Below are positions 1-8,854 of a stretch of DNA of 64,000 nt, piece after piece. The stretch comes from Promethearchaeati archaeon. Its GTDB lineage: Archaea; Asgardarchaeota; Heimdallarchaeia; Heimdallarchaeales; Heimdallarchaeaceae. The stretch spans positions 32,001 to 96,000 of the forward strand of contig JABLTJ010000014.1 in NCBI GenBank assembly GCA_013166775.1, in the 5' to 3' direction. Position 1 is the first letter of the stretch, and the number at the start of each line of letters is the position of its first letter. The position numbers and the translations under genes were made by a program. The notes beneath the pieces were generated by a model, which was not told where the DNA came from, made no database searches, and saw only the letters and a program-made list of their open reading frames with translations.

Positions 1-1640
1 AATATCTCAATGGTTAGATTGTTTTTCTCACCCAATTTCAACTTTTGTTCATATGTAGGAATTATAGATATCTGAGGAGGGAGAGAGTCTCTTTGTGGTG
101 TTATGTGCATAGTGATATCTAGGGTATCTTCTACTCCAGTTGCATCTATTAGTTCAACTGTAAAATAATGCCAACCAGCTGTTAGATTTGTTAAAGTAAG
201 AGCCTTGATTTGAAAAAATGCTCCCCAGTGTCCACCACATAAATTGTATTCGTCGAATTGTTTCTTGTATATATATGTTGTCCAGTTTGTGTCAGAGTAG
301 ACTGAATAAGATAGAAACATATAGTATCCCTCTGCAAATCTATAAAATCTACAACCTGATAAGTAAGAATCCCATGCCGGAGGAGAAATAACTCTCCTAT
401 CAGTGATAGAGGCAAACCAAGCGGAATAGTGATTGAATGTATCAAATATAACTAAAGTGATTATGATATAGTATTCTTCTTTATGAAGAGATGAATGATT
501 AATCTGAAGATTAAGAATACCAGAAGTAAGATTTGAAAATGATGAATAGAGTTCATTATTTACGTAACACTGGATAGTTATATTATCTGAAGAATCATGA
601 AGAGATATAGGAATGTTTATTGAATCGTTTCCGTCATATAGATTCATATCTGTTTCTAAAAAGATAGCTAATGGAAGATCAGCATCTTCTGTTGAATTAT
701 AGCCTGAATTGCATTCAAATAATGTGTAAGACGAATTACGAATCCTGTTTACGAAACGGTAACCTTCAACATCACAACCAAAATCCTCACTATATTGAGT
801 CCAATTATCCCAATTGCATATGTCTGAGTGAATGAGATTATACTTAAGTAAGAAACCAGATGAACTATCAACAAAATACTGCCTAGTTATTGTAGAATGA
901 GTAGTATATTCGAAGTATATATCATGAATCTGGTTTGAAACAACTCCTGTACGTGAAGAAATACTCTCGTATAAATCCACATCTATTAGATGGTTTTTCC
1001 CATTTATGAAAAAATGGTCTTGAAAAGATAATTTATAATCAGTATAGGAAAAATAACGGTCACCACTTGATGAGATGTCAAGATTAATTACTTCATCATA
1101 ATAATCAAGGCATATTCTTTCATTATATTCATTCCAGAAATTCTTTTCAGGAACATCACTTATGTTTACATCTTCTATTAAATTCCAATCCTGGATATCA
1201 TAATCATAATGCCATTCTCTTTCTGTTCGATGAAAATCAGTAATATTTATAGAAATAATTTCATCAAGAAAAACTTGTTCAGGAGTATTGAAGCTAATCT
1301 GATAATTCTCAAAATACTCTGTACATTTACTATAATTTATGAATTGTTTAAAAGATCGAATAGCAGAATCTGTAGGGATAGGATTGTTTTCAAAGAATCG
1401 CATTTGTTTGACAATAAATTGATCAGTATGGTTTTGCTTGTAAATTAGACTATCGTTTTGATCTAACTTATAAAATCCATTTTCTATATCAACATTCTGT
1501 TGTGAAATACCTTTTGACAAACTAGATTTATTATAATCTATATTAGCAGTTCTTATTGATTCCGTAGTGATTAGATAACATGAACTTAGAGTAAGATAGA
1601 AAATAATTAGAATAATAATATCTCTATTCTCATGTTTCAT
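1..1640 (-). CDS. Secreted/cell-surface protein with Ig-like repeat(s), partial (runs off left edge, >546 aa)
   Basis: Not in the ORF track because no stop is in the window. Manual translation from ATG 1640 (MKHENRDIIILIIFYLTLSSCYLITT) stays open to base 3. Hydrophobic N-terminus, many N-x-S/T sequons, and an Ig-like motif LTAGWHYFTVELIDATG...DSLPPQISI. Confidence 0.75.
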   Translation of the reverse strand, partial: MKHENRDIIILIIFYLTLSSCYLITTESIRTANIDYNKSSLSKGISQQNVDIENGFYKLDQNDSLIYKQNHTDQFIVKQMRFFENNPIPTDSAIRSFKQFINYSKCTEYFENYQISFNTPEQVFLDEIISINITDFHRTEREWHYDYDIQDWNLIEDVNISDVPEKNFWNEYNERICLDYYDEVINLDISSSGDRYFSYTDYKLSFQDHFFINGKNHLIDVDLYESISSRTGVVSNQIHDIYFEYTTHSTITRQYFVDSSSGFLLKYNLIHSDICNWDNWTQYSEDFGCDVEGYRFVNRIRNSSYTLFECNSGYNSTEDADLPLAIFLETDMNLYDGNDSINIPISLHDSSDNITIQCYVNNELYSSFSNLTSGILNLQINHSSLHKEEYYIIITLVIFDTFNHYSAWFASITDRRVISPPAWDSYLSGCRFYRFAEGYYMFLSYSVYSDTNWTTYIYKKQFDEYNLCGGHWGAFFQIKALTLTNLTAGWHYFTVELIDATGVEDTLDITMHITPQRDSLPPQISIIPTYEQKLKLGEKNNLTIEI

Positions 1641-1745
1641 CTAATCGACCACATTCTTATAAAACTAAGGTAAAAACACCTATAAACATCTTGGTGACGT
1701 GTAGAAAAATCTTTGAAAAAATTGAAAATACATTAGATTTAAATT

Positions 1746-2897
1746 TTGGAACGATATATGCATGTTATGTCATCTGAAAAATCTTTTCAGTATTTGAAGA
1801 AATTTTGGAAACTTGAAATGGTAGCTTCTTCTTTATATGATTTTCTTGCAAAAAGGACTACAAAAAAAAGAAAAAGAGGTATAGAGAAAATAGCGAAAAT
1901 GGAGAGAGGACATGCAAATGTTTGGAACAATATCTCTCAGAAGGGTTTTGACTATTCATTCCAACCAAATATCACATTAAAAATCCGAATCTTAATCATG
2001 AAATTTATTTCTTTCCTCTTTCCGAAAACAATATTTATTCATTATATGGAATTGGGAGAACGTAATGCTATTATAGAATACACAAAAATTCGTGAAGCAT
2101 TTCGAGAAGATAAGAAAGCACTAGAAATGATTGAGAATATAATAAGAGATGAAGTTCGTCATGAATGGGAAATGATGGAACTAGTAGCCGACAAATCTGG
2201 TTACATAAGAAAAGCAAAGGAAGCTGTTCATGGACTAATAGCAGGAATTCTAGAAACTATAGCAGTCTTAGTAGGTTTTATTGCTGCAGATCTAGATATT
2301 CTATTTGTAGGTCTCGCAACTCTAATTGCAACAATTACAGGATTGATAACAATATTGACAATATCATATTTATCTGTAAAAAGTGAATATGATATACACG
2401 TGGGTGAAATTGCAACAATAGAGGCAAAGCATGGTATAGAACCTAGAGCACTAAGAACTGATTTAGAACATCTTTTAGTTGATCACGGAATAGCATTTGA
2501 AATGGCACAAGAAGTTGTAGAAGTTATTGGTGATGATCCAGACGTTTTAAGAAATCTAGTTAGAACAATGAAACTTCTAGAAGTTGGACATATAACACCA
2601 AGAGAAGCTTTAATTACAACAGGGTTATTCTTTCTACTAGGAACATTACCTACCGTTATACCATTCTTCATATATGCTTTTCTTGGATATGAAAACCTCC
2701 TTTATCCAGCAATCATAGCTACTGTTCTTGCAGTGATTGTCATTGCTGTAGCAGGTGTTTATAAGGGTGTACTCTCAAATAAAAGACCAATCTTTGAAAT
2801 TTTAAAATTTCTAGGAGTGATGATAGGTACTTCTGCTATTACTTATTTGATAGGTTTCCTAGCACGTCTTGTTTTAGGAACAGGCATTCTACATTAG
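1746..2897 (+). CDS. Rubrerythrin/ferritin-like domain fused to VIT1/CCC1 iron transporter
   Basis: N-terminal ExxH motifs (MERGH, DEVRH); C-terminal multi-TM VIT1-like region (YLSVKSE, PREALITTGLFFLLG). The true start may be ATG 1758 or 1767. Confidence 0.8.
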   Translation: MERYMHVMSSEKSFQYLKKFWKLEMVASSLYDFLAKRTTKKRKRGIEKIAKMERGHANVWNNISQKGFDYSFQPNITLKIRILIMKFISFLFPKTIFIHYMELGERNAIIEYTKIREAFREDKKALEMIENIIRDEVRHEWEMMELVADKSGYIRKAKEAVHGLIAGILETIAVLVGFIAADLDILFVGLATLIATITGLITILTISYLSVKSEYDIHVGEIATIEAKHGIEPRALRTDLEHLLVDHGIAFEMAQEVVEVIGDDPDVLRNLVRTMKLLEVGHITPREALITTGLFFLLGTLPTVIPFFIYAFLGYENLLYPAIIATVLAVIVIAVAGVYKGVLSNKRPIFEILKFLGVMIGTSAITYLIGFLARLVLGTGILH

Positions 2898-2916
2898 AAA
2901 TGAAGACAACAATGAT

Positions 2917-3690
2917 TTAATCTTGTATCTCATAGGAGACGTCAAGATTTCCAGTGAAGATATTCAAAAATTGCGTACTTCGTTTCTCTTCAGGAACGTT
3001 TTCTTTATTCATTTCTTCTTCTATTTCTTTCTTCAATTCATCAATATTCCTTATAAATTTGAAAATAATATCGTTTATTTTAAACAAATGTTTCCATTTA
3101 CTAAGCTTAATATGATTAACGTAAATACTGATATCCATTGGAGATATCTTTATTTTGTCTATTACATTTTCTCTTCCTTTTTTTTCAATGACATCAGTAA
3201 TATCGTCTATTTTGCTTATAACCTCATTAATCATAACATTCTGAAGATTGGTAACGAAATTAAAGTAGTGTCTTGTCAAAGGAATTTCTTCTAATTTATC
3301 TGCGGAAAGAATTTCACCAGCAATATATCTATTCAATTCTTCTTCTGAGTATTTCTCGATATCTCGAAGATCATCTGTGATTCTATCAGTTCGATCAGCC
3401 ATGGCTTGCATATGATCATCATATAATTTTTTTGTAATAGATGAAAGTTTGTAGAATTTACCCCAACTATCCTCTGATTTCTTACTATCAAAAGCAATTA
3501 TTCCATCATTTTTTAGTTTCCTGATATACCTCAGGGTTGTACTTTCAGGTTTATTTATCATAATGGCGATTTTCTTAAGATTGAGTGATTCATACCAATT
3601 AAGAGCAGTTACTATCCCAAACTCAATTTCATCATCAACTAGAGTTAAGTACTTGTTCTTAGTTTTTTTATTTTCTTTATTTTTACTCAT
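2917..3690 (-). CDS. Winged-helix (ArsR-like) transcriptional regulator
   Basis: LNLKKIAIMINKPESTTLRYIRKLKNDGII HTH followed by a KFYKLS wing; divergent from the MFS gene. Confidence 0.8.
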   Translation of the reverse strand: MSKNKENKKTKNKYLTLVDDEIEFGIVTALNWYESLNLKKIAIMINKPESTTLRYIRKLKNDGIIAFDSKKSEDSWGKFYKLSSITKKLYDDHMQAMADRTDRITDDLRDIEKYSEEELNRYIAGEILSADKLEEIPLTRHYFNFVTNLQNVMINEVISKIDDITDVIEKKGRENVIDKIKISPMDISIYVNHIKLSKWKHLFKINDIIFKFIRNIDELKKEIEEEMNKENVPEEKRSTQFLNIFTGNLDVSYEIQD

Positions 3691-3736
3691 TCTTATTCAC
3701 AAATACACATATACTTGTTCGTTTTAAAAGTTTTTC

Positions 3737-3760
3737 CATTTTGAAATAAATTTCACAATG
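3737..3760. promoter_or_regulatory. Imperfect palindrome (candidate operator) between divergent TATA-like boxes
   Basis: CATTTTGAAAT-AA-ATTTCACAATG with 10/11 pairs, flanked by TTTTAAAA (3722-3729) and TTTATAAA (3770-3777). Confidence 0.55.
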
Positions 3761-3850
3761 AGAGAAATGTTTATAAAACTTATGTCACAAAGTATTTCAA
3801 ATAGGAATTTCTTTTATTTTGGAAGAAGTTCTAAAACGGAAGTAATAAAA

Positions 3851-5248
3851 ATGGATGAAAAACAATCGGAAATTTTGGTTGAAGGCGAAAAGAAGAAACC
3901 TAATGCTATTGTCTTGTTAAGGAATAGAGATTTTTCAGCTTTATTCTTTGGAGGATTCATTTCCAACATTGGATCTTGGTTCACAATGGTTGCAATATTC
4001 TTTTTAGCGCTTCAATTCACAGAACATTTAACACCAACTGAATCAACTCAAGCTGTAGCACTATTAACAACCTGTTCTTTAATACCTATGTTAGCTCTTG
4101 GTCCATTGGCTGGGGCTTTAGTTGATAAATTTGATAGAAAGAAAGTAATGGTTCTCGCCGACTTTCTAGGAGCTGGAGCTGCGATAGCTTTATTCTTCTC
4201 AACTCAAATGTGGCACCTATATTTGTTTATGATATTTAACAGCAGCGTTAGGCAGTTCTTTTATCCTGCAAGAATGGCAAGTATCCCTAGAATTGCTAAA
4301 CAAGATCAGCTATTAACAGCTAATGGGATTATCCAGACAACTAACCAAATAGCAAGAATGTTAGGACCATTGATAGCAGGATTTATAGCAGCAAGTCTTG
4401 GATTAAAAATTGCATTTCTCTTTGATGCTGGAACCTACATTGCTTCAGCAATTCTTATAGTAATTATTAAAACTGATCTCAAGCCAGCTAAAAATAGTGA
4501 AGGAGTAAATGTGAAAAGCGTCCTTATAGGAATGAGAGATGGATTTAGGATAACATTTAGGGATAAAATCATTAGATTTGTAGTTATAACATTTGGTATT
4601 ACAATCTTAGCAATAGGCGCAATAGATCCAGTAGGAATCCCATATTTGAACTTCGAGTTTGGTTTAGGAGAAAAGGATTTTGGATTAATGATGAGTTTCT
4701 CAGCTATAAGTGGAGTAATAGCTGCAGTAATCCTATCAGTTAAAGGACAGCTGAAGAACAAGCTTACTTTCATGTCAATTGCAATTGTTGCCTTAGGAGT
4801 TTCAGTAGCTATACTTTCATTCTCCCCATTTGTAGTAAGTCCAGTTGTTTGGTTATATTTAGGGATGTGTTTGATAGGATTTACAAATGTAGGTTTCAGC
4901 ATACCATTCTCAACATTATTGCAAACAATAGTAAAAAATGAAAACTTGGGAAAAGTAAGTGGAGTTATAGATACAATTATGACTGCTTCATCTTTGATCG
5001 CATCCTTATTAGCAGTTGCACTCACTGGTTATATCTCAATAAGCTTACTATTAGGTATTGTAGCTGCAGTAGTTTTAATGGCAGGCATAGTATCACTTGT
5101 TATAATCAAAGCGAAAGGCCTTGAGGAACTAACTCAAAGAAAAGAAGAAAAGATGAAATCCGATCTAAAAGATATAGAAGAAGAATTTGCAGAAATATCT
5201 TTAGAAGAACAAAAATCTAAAGAGATACGCGCTGCAATTCTCCTCTGA
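3851..5248 (+). CDS. MFS transporter (DHA3/MefA-like efflux family)
   Basis: GALVDKFDRKKVM motif A and 12 hydrophobic segments. Start moved to ATG 3851 by alignment with the paralog and the TATA position (track start 3758). Confidence 0.9.
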   Translation: MDEKQSEILVEGEKKKPNAIVLLRNRDFSALFFGGFISNIGSWFTMVAIFFLALQFTEHLTPTESTQAVALLTTCSLIPMLALGPLAGALVDKFDRKKVMVLADFLGAGAAIALFFSTQMWHLYLFMIFNSSVRQFFYPARMASIPRIAKQDQLLTANGIIQTTNQIARMLGPLIAGFIAASLGLKIAFLFDAGTYIASAILIVIIKTDLKPAKNSEGVNVKSVLIGMRDGFRITFRDKIIRFVVITFGITILAIGAIDPVGIPYLNFEFGLGEKDFGLMMSFSAISGVIAAVILSVKGQLKNKLTFMSIAIVALGVSVAILSFSPFVVSPVVWLYLGMCLIGFTNVGFSIPFSTLLQTIVKNENLGKVSGVIDTIMTASSLIASLLAVALTGYISISLLLGIVAAVVLMAGIVSLVIIKAKGLEELTQRKEEKMKSDLKDIEEEFAEISLEEQKSKEIRAAILL

Positions 5249-5648
5249 TTAAACTTTTTTTTTTATTTTTCAAATTTTTATTAGTTAAAATAATAACCAA
5301 AGTATACACTATATATCGCGTTTTAGATCATTATCTAAAAATAAATACAACGAAAATTTAGAAGTTTCTATTCATGATTAGCTAATGAGTTTGATAATTA
5401 ATCCATTCAATTTACTACGTAAAATTTTCAGTTTTTTCCCTTGACTAATTAGTTTAATAATTTAGTTGATTGTATTAAAATATTCTTAAATAAAACGATA
5501 AGAGAGAGTTGTTTGATTGTAAAATTGATTGGAATTGAAAAAAAATCTGATAAGAAAAAACTGTTGGTCACTTAGTGGACACAGTTGTTCAGTGTTTTCT
5601 TAAAGGGTGACCAATCAAAATAGTATTAGAAAAACTAAGGTGATGTTA

Positions 5649-5783
5649 ATGAAAGGAAATGCAGACAAATCAAGAAGAAAAATAGAAATGGAAGGAGCAT
5701 ACTGGTTGTTATTTGGGCAAGCATGTTCAGTATTACCACAAAGGGAAAATTCCCTAAGAAAGTATAGAGTAAGCAAAGTGTGA
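5649..5783 (+). CDS. Putative small protein/leader peptide (44 aa)
   Basis: MKGNADKSRRKIEMEGAYWLLFGQACSVLPQRENSLRKYRVSKV; GGTGA RBS 5 nt upstream; stop is 6 nt before the MFS start. Confidence 0.45.
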   Translation: MKGNADKSRRKIEMEGAYWLLFGQACSVLPQRENSLRKYRVSKV

Positions 5784-5789
5784 TCTAAT

Positions 5790-7238
5790 ATGAATGATCA
5801 ATACGAGGATCTCACAACACTTTCTCAAATTGAGGGAAAGAAACCTAATGTTTTGTCCTTATTGAAAAGCTGGGATTTTTCTGCATTATTTCTTGGAGGT
5901 TTAATAAGTAACATAGGATCATATTTCACAACTATTGCAATCTTTTTCTTTGCATTGCAATTAACAGAAAATCTAGGACCAGCTGAAGCAACAAGGTTAA
6001 TTGCTTTAGTGACTACTTTCTCATTAATTCCAATTCTTGTTTTAGGACCTATAGCAGGAGTCTTGGTTGATAAATTTGATAGAAAAAAAGTTATGATTTT
6101 TGCAGATTTATTTGCAGCAGTAGCTGTAATATCACTTATTTTTTCATCAAAGATGTGGCATTTATATTTAATTTTCTTCTTAAACTCATCAGTGAGACAA
6201 TTCTTCTATCCTGCAAAAACTGCTTCAATTCCAAGAATTGTTAAACAAGAGCAATTACTCTCAGCTAATGGGTTTATTCAAACCTCATCAAATATTTCAA
6301 GATTGATTGGACCTTTATTAGCAGGATTTCTAATAGAATTCTTTGGATTAAGAGCAGCTTTTATTGTGGATGCAAGTACATTCGTCTTCTCAGCGATTAT
6401 GATTCTTGTTATAAGAAGAGATTTGAAACCAAAAGATGATGGAGAAAAGATTTCCATAAGAAACGTAACTACAGGCCTCAGAGAAGGATTTAAGATATCT
6501 TTTGGGGACAAGATTATTTCTTATGTATTGATATTATTTTCCTTTACTATCCTATTGATAGGAATGGTAGATCCTCTTATTGTTCCGTATATGAGTTTCG
6601 AATTTGGTTTAGGAGAAAGAGAATTTGGTATGTTAATGAGCTTTTCAGCGATAAGTGGGATAATCGCTGCAGTAATTTTATCAATAAAGGGACAACTCAA
6701 GAAGAAACTTACATTTATGACTGCAAGTATATTGGTTGCTAGCTTTTGTCTAGCATTTATAGCAGCTGCTACAATTCTTCCAAGAGGATTCATTTGGCTT
6801 TATGTTGGATTTGCATTAATCGGAATGATTAATGTTGGATTTAGTATCCCATTTTCTACATTGCTTCAATCTACAATAAAGAATGAGAATTTGGGTAAAG
6901 TAAGCGGTGTTGTTGATACAGTAATTACTGGTGCTTCTCTTATTGCAGCAACTCTTGCTGCAGCCTTAGCTGGATTTGCTTCAATAAGCTTAATTTTCGG
7001 AATAATAGCGGTTTTGATTGCAGTTGCAGGGATTTTGGGACTTCTTTACATTAAAGCGACAAAGTTAGATAAACAAGCTCAAATCCGCGAAGAAGAGATG
7101 AAACATCTCAAAGAGCTTGAAGAGATAGAGCAAAAATCTGCTAAAAAAATAGTCGATTTTGATGAAATCGCTGAGATCACCTTAAAGCAGATTGAAGTTG
7201 AGGAGAATATTATTTCTCCTCAATCCTCTATCGATTAA
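5790..7238 (+). CDS. MFS transporter (DHA3/MefA-like), tandem paralog
   Basis: GVLVDKFDRKKVM; extensive identity to 3851..5248 (e.g. NSSVRQFFYPA, FEFGLGE, NENLGKVSGV). Confidence 0.9.
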   Translation: MNDQYEDLTTLSQIEGKKPNVLSLLKSWDFSALFLGGLISNIGSYFTTIAIFFFALQLTENLGPAEATRLIALVTTFSLIPILVLGPIAGVLVDKFDRKKVMIFADLFAAVAVISLIFSSKMWHLYLIFFLNSSVRQFFYPAKTASIPRIVKQEQLLSANGFIQTSSNISRLIGPLLAGFLIEFFGLRAAFIVDASTFVFSAIMILVIRRDLKPKDDGEKISIRNVTTGLREGFKISFGDKIISYVLILFSFTILLIGMVDPLIVPYMSFEFGLGEREFGMLMSFSAISGIIAAVILSIKGQLKKKLTFMTASILVASFCLAFIAAATILPRGFIWLYVGFALIGMINVGFSIPFSTLLQSTIKNENLGKVSGVVDTVITGASLIAATLAAALAGFASISLIFGIIAVLIAVAGILGLLYIKATKLDKQAQIREEEMKHLKELEEIEQKSAKKIVDFDEIAEITLKQIEVEENIISPQSSID

Positions 7239-7257
7239 GAATGCTATCTCTTTTTTT

Positions 7258-8688
7258 TTATTCTTCTGCTTTTTCGGTAGTTACCTTGTGCATTAAATGT
7301 CTTTCCCAATCAAGAGTAATTTGACCGTCACTATGCTTAGTAAATGGAACGTTCATAGTCCCAGAATCTTCCATAATGTAGAAATCCATTACTTCTGGAT
7401 CATCATTCCTAGGAATTAAAGGAGTAGTAAACTTGGAAAACCAATTATCTGAGGTCAGATATAGAAGAGAATCCTTTTGTATAATTTCCATTGAAATTGT
7501 TTTTTTGTAAGCTTCATATTTACCGCAAAGAGATTTGTAGTGTTTACGTCGTTTATAATAAGGCATTACTTCTTCAGGATCTTCTCCTATAAGTAAAGCG
7601 AATGCGGTTAACATTAGATGTGATGGAGTCCAGTTAACATTTTGTAATTGAGCATAAGTTATATTCAGTTCAGGAGCAAAGCCGATATAACCTCCTGAAA
7701 CACCAGATTGACCGCCATGAGTTATTAAACGGTGTCCAAAGAAATTGTCATAGATTCTCCATCCATACCCATATGATGCTGAGACATTAGGACAAAATTC
7801 ATCATATGTTCTTGCAAAATTAGTATTATGTTCTTTCCACATTTCTTTTGTTAGTGTCTCATCTAAAACTCTTGTACCTTTGAACTCACCCCCATTCAAA
7901 TTACAGAGAAGATAATTAGTTATTTCTTTTACGCTAGATATTAACCCTCCAGAACCAGCAATAAATGGCCCAGTCAATAAATCTCTTTCTTGTCTTTCAA
8001 ATTCCTCGTTTCTTACACTAGTATTGTACCCTCTAGAAACATCTTGATCATCCTTTAAATCTTTAAGGAAGAACGTGCTTCTGTTCATATTAAGAGGTTT
8101 AAGAATATTCTCTGTAATATAATCTTCGAATTTCTTACCACTAATTTTCTCTATTATTTGCCCAAGAAGAGAAAAACCTGCATTCCAATAATAATACTTA
8201 GTTTTAGGAGGTCTTAAAACTTCACTCTGAGCATTGTTGATGTGAAAATAAAAATCATCCCAATTCCCCATTGGAAATGTGGGAGCTTTAGCTTTGTATA
8301 GCTGCTGATTCATTTGAGAGAAATAAAAAGTCATAAGTGAGGGGATTCCTGATGAATGACTCATGAGATGATGAATCCTTATAGGATCATCTTCTAGACC
8401 TAAACTGAAAGGAATATACTTTGAAACCGGATCGTTAATGTTTAGTTTTCCTTCCTGATGTAGCTGTAAAATCCCCATACAAGTTACTGATTTTGTTATT
8501 GAAGAAACTCCATACAGAGTATCTGCTGTTGCAGGTTTAACATCAACTTTTTTTACTATCCCAAAAGACCTTTGATAGAGTGTTTTTCCGTCCTTTGTTA
8601 TGAGCACAGATATCCCAGGTATTTTAAGATCTCTCATAATTTTAACTGCTTCATGCTCAAATTTGCTCTTGAAATTTTTTAAATCCAT
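7258..8688 (-). CDS. Serine hydrolase, beta-lactamase/CubicO (Pab87-like) peptidase
   Basis: SITK (SxxK), YWN (YxN) and HGG motifs, a C-terminal extension, and no signal peptide. Confidence 0.85.
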   Translation of the reverse strand: MDLKNFKSKFEHEAVKIMRDLKIPGISVLITKDGKTLYQRSFGIVKKVDVKPATADTLYGVSSITKSVTCMGILQLHQEGKLNINDPVSKYIPFSLGLEDDPIRIHHLMSHSSGIPSLMTFYFSQMNQQLYKAKAPTFPMGNWDDFYFHINNAQSEVLRPPKTKYYYWNAGFSLLGQIIEKISGKKFEDYITENILKPLNMNRSTFFLKDLKDDQDVSRGYNTSVRNEEFERQERDLLTGPFIAGSGGLISSVKEITNYLLCNLNGGEFKGTRVLDETLTKEMWKEHNTNFARTYDEFCPNVSASYGYGWRIYDNFFGHRLITHGGQSGVSGGYIGFAPELNITYAQLQNVNWTPSHLMLTAFALLIGEDPEEVMPYYKRRKHYKSLCGKYEAYKKTISMEIIQKDSLLYLTSDNWFSKFTTPLIPRNDDPEVMDFYIMEDSGTMNVPFTKHSDGQITLDWERHLMHKVTTEKAEE

Positions 8689-8809
8689 ATAATCACAGTT
8701 TTTTTTGGATAAACACTTATAATTATTATGTATAGTTTATAATGATTTTGCTAAACATTAATTTTTTTCCCGAAAATCTTATATATATTTGAGGAATCAT
8801 AAATATAAT

Positions 8810-8830
8810 CTTTGACTTTTTCAGTCAAAG
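8810..8830. promoter_or_regulatory. Perfect 8-bp inverted repeat downstream of the oppA TATA box
   Basis: CTTTGACT-N5-AGTCAAAG, about 23 nt after TTATATATA (8779-8787). Confidence 0.5.
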
Positions 8831-8854
8831 GAAAAAAAAAAGGAATGATAAAAT

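Noticed and set aside
191-1448. Track ORFs 191..445 and 1209..1448
   Set aside because: They lie inside the long minus-strand CDS 1..1640, in an alternative frame or antisense.
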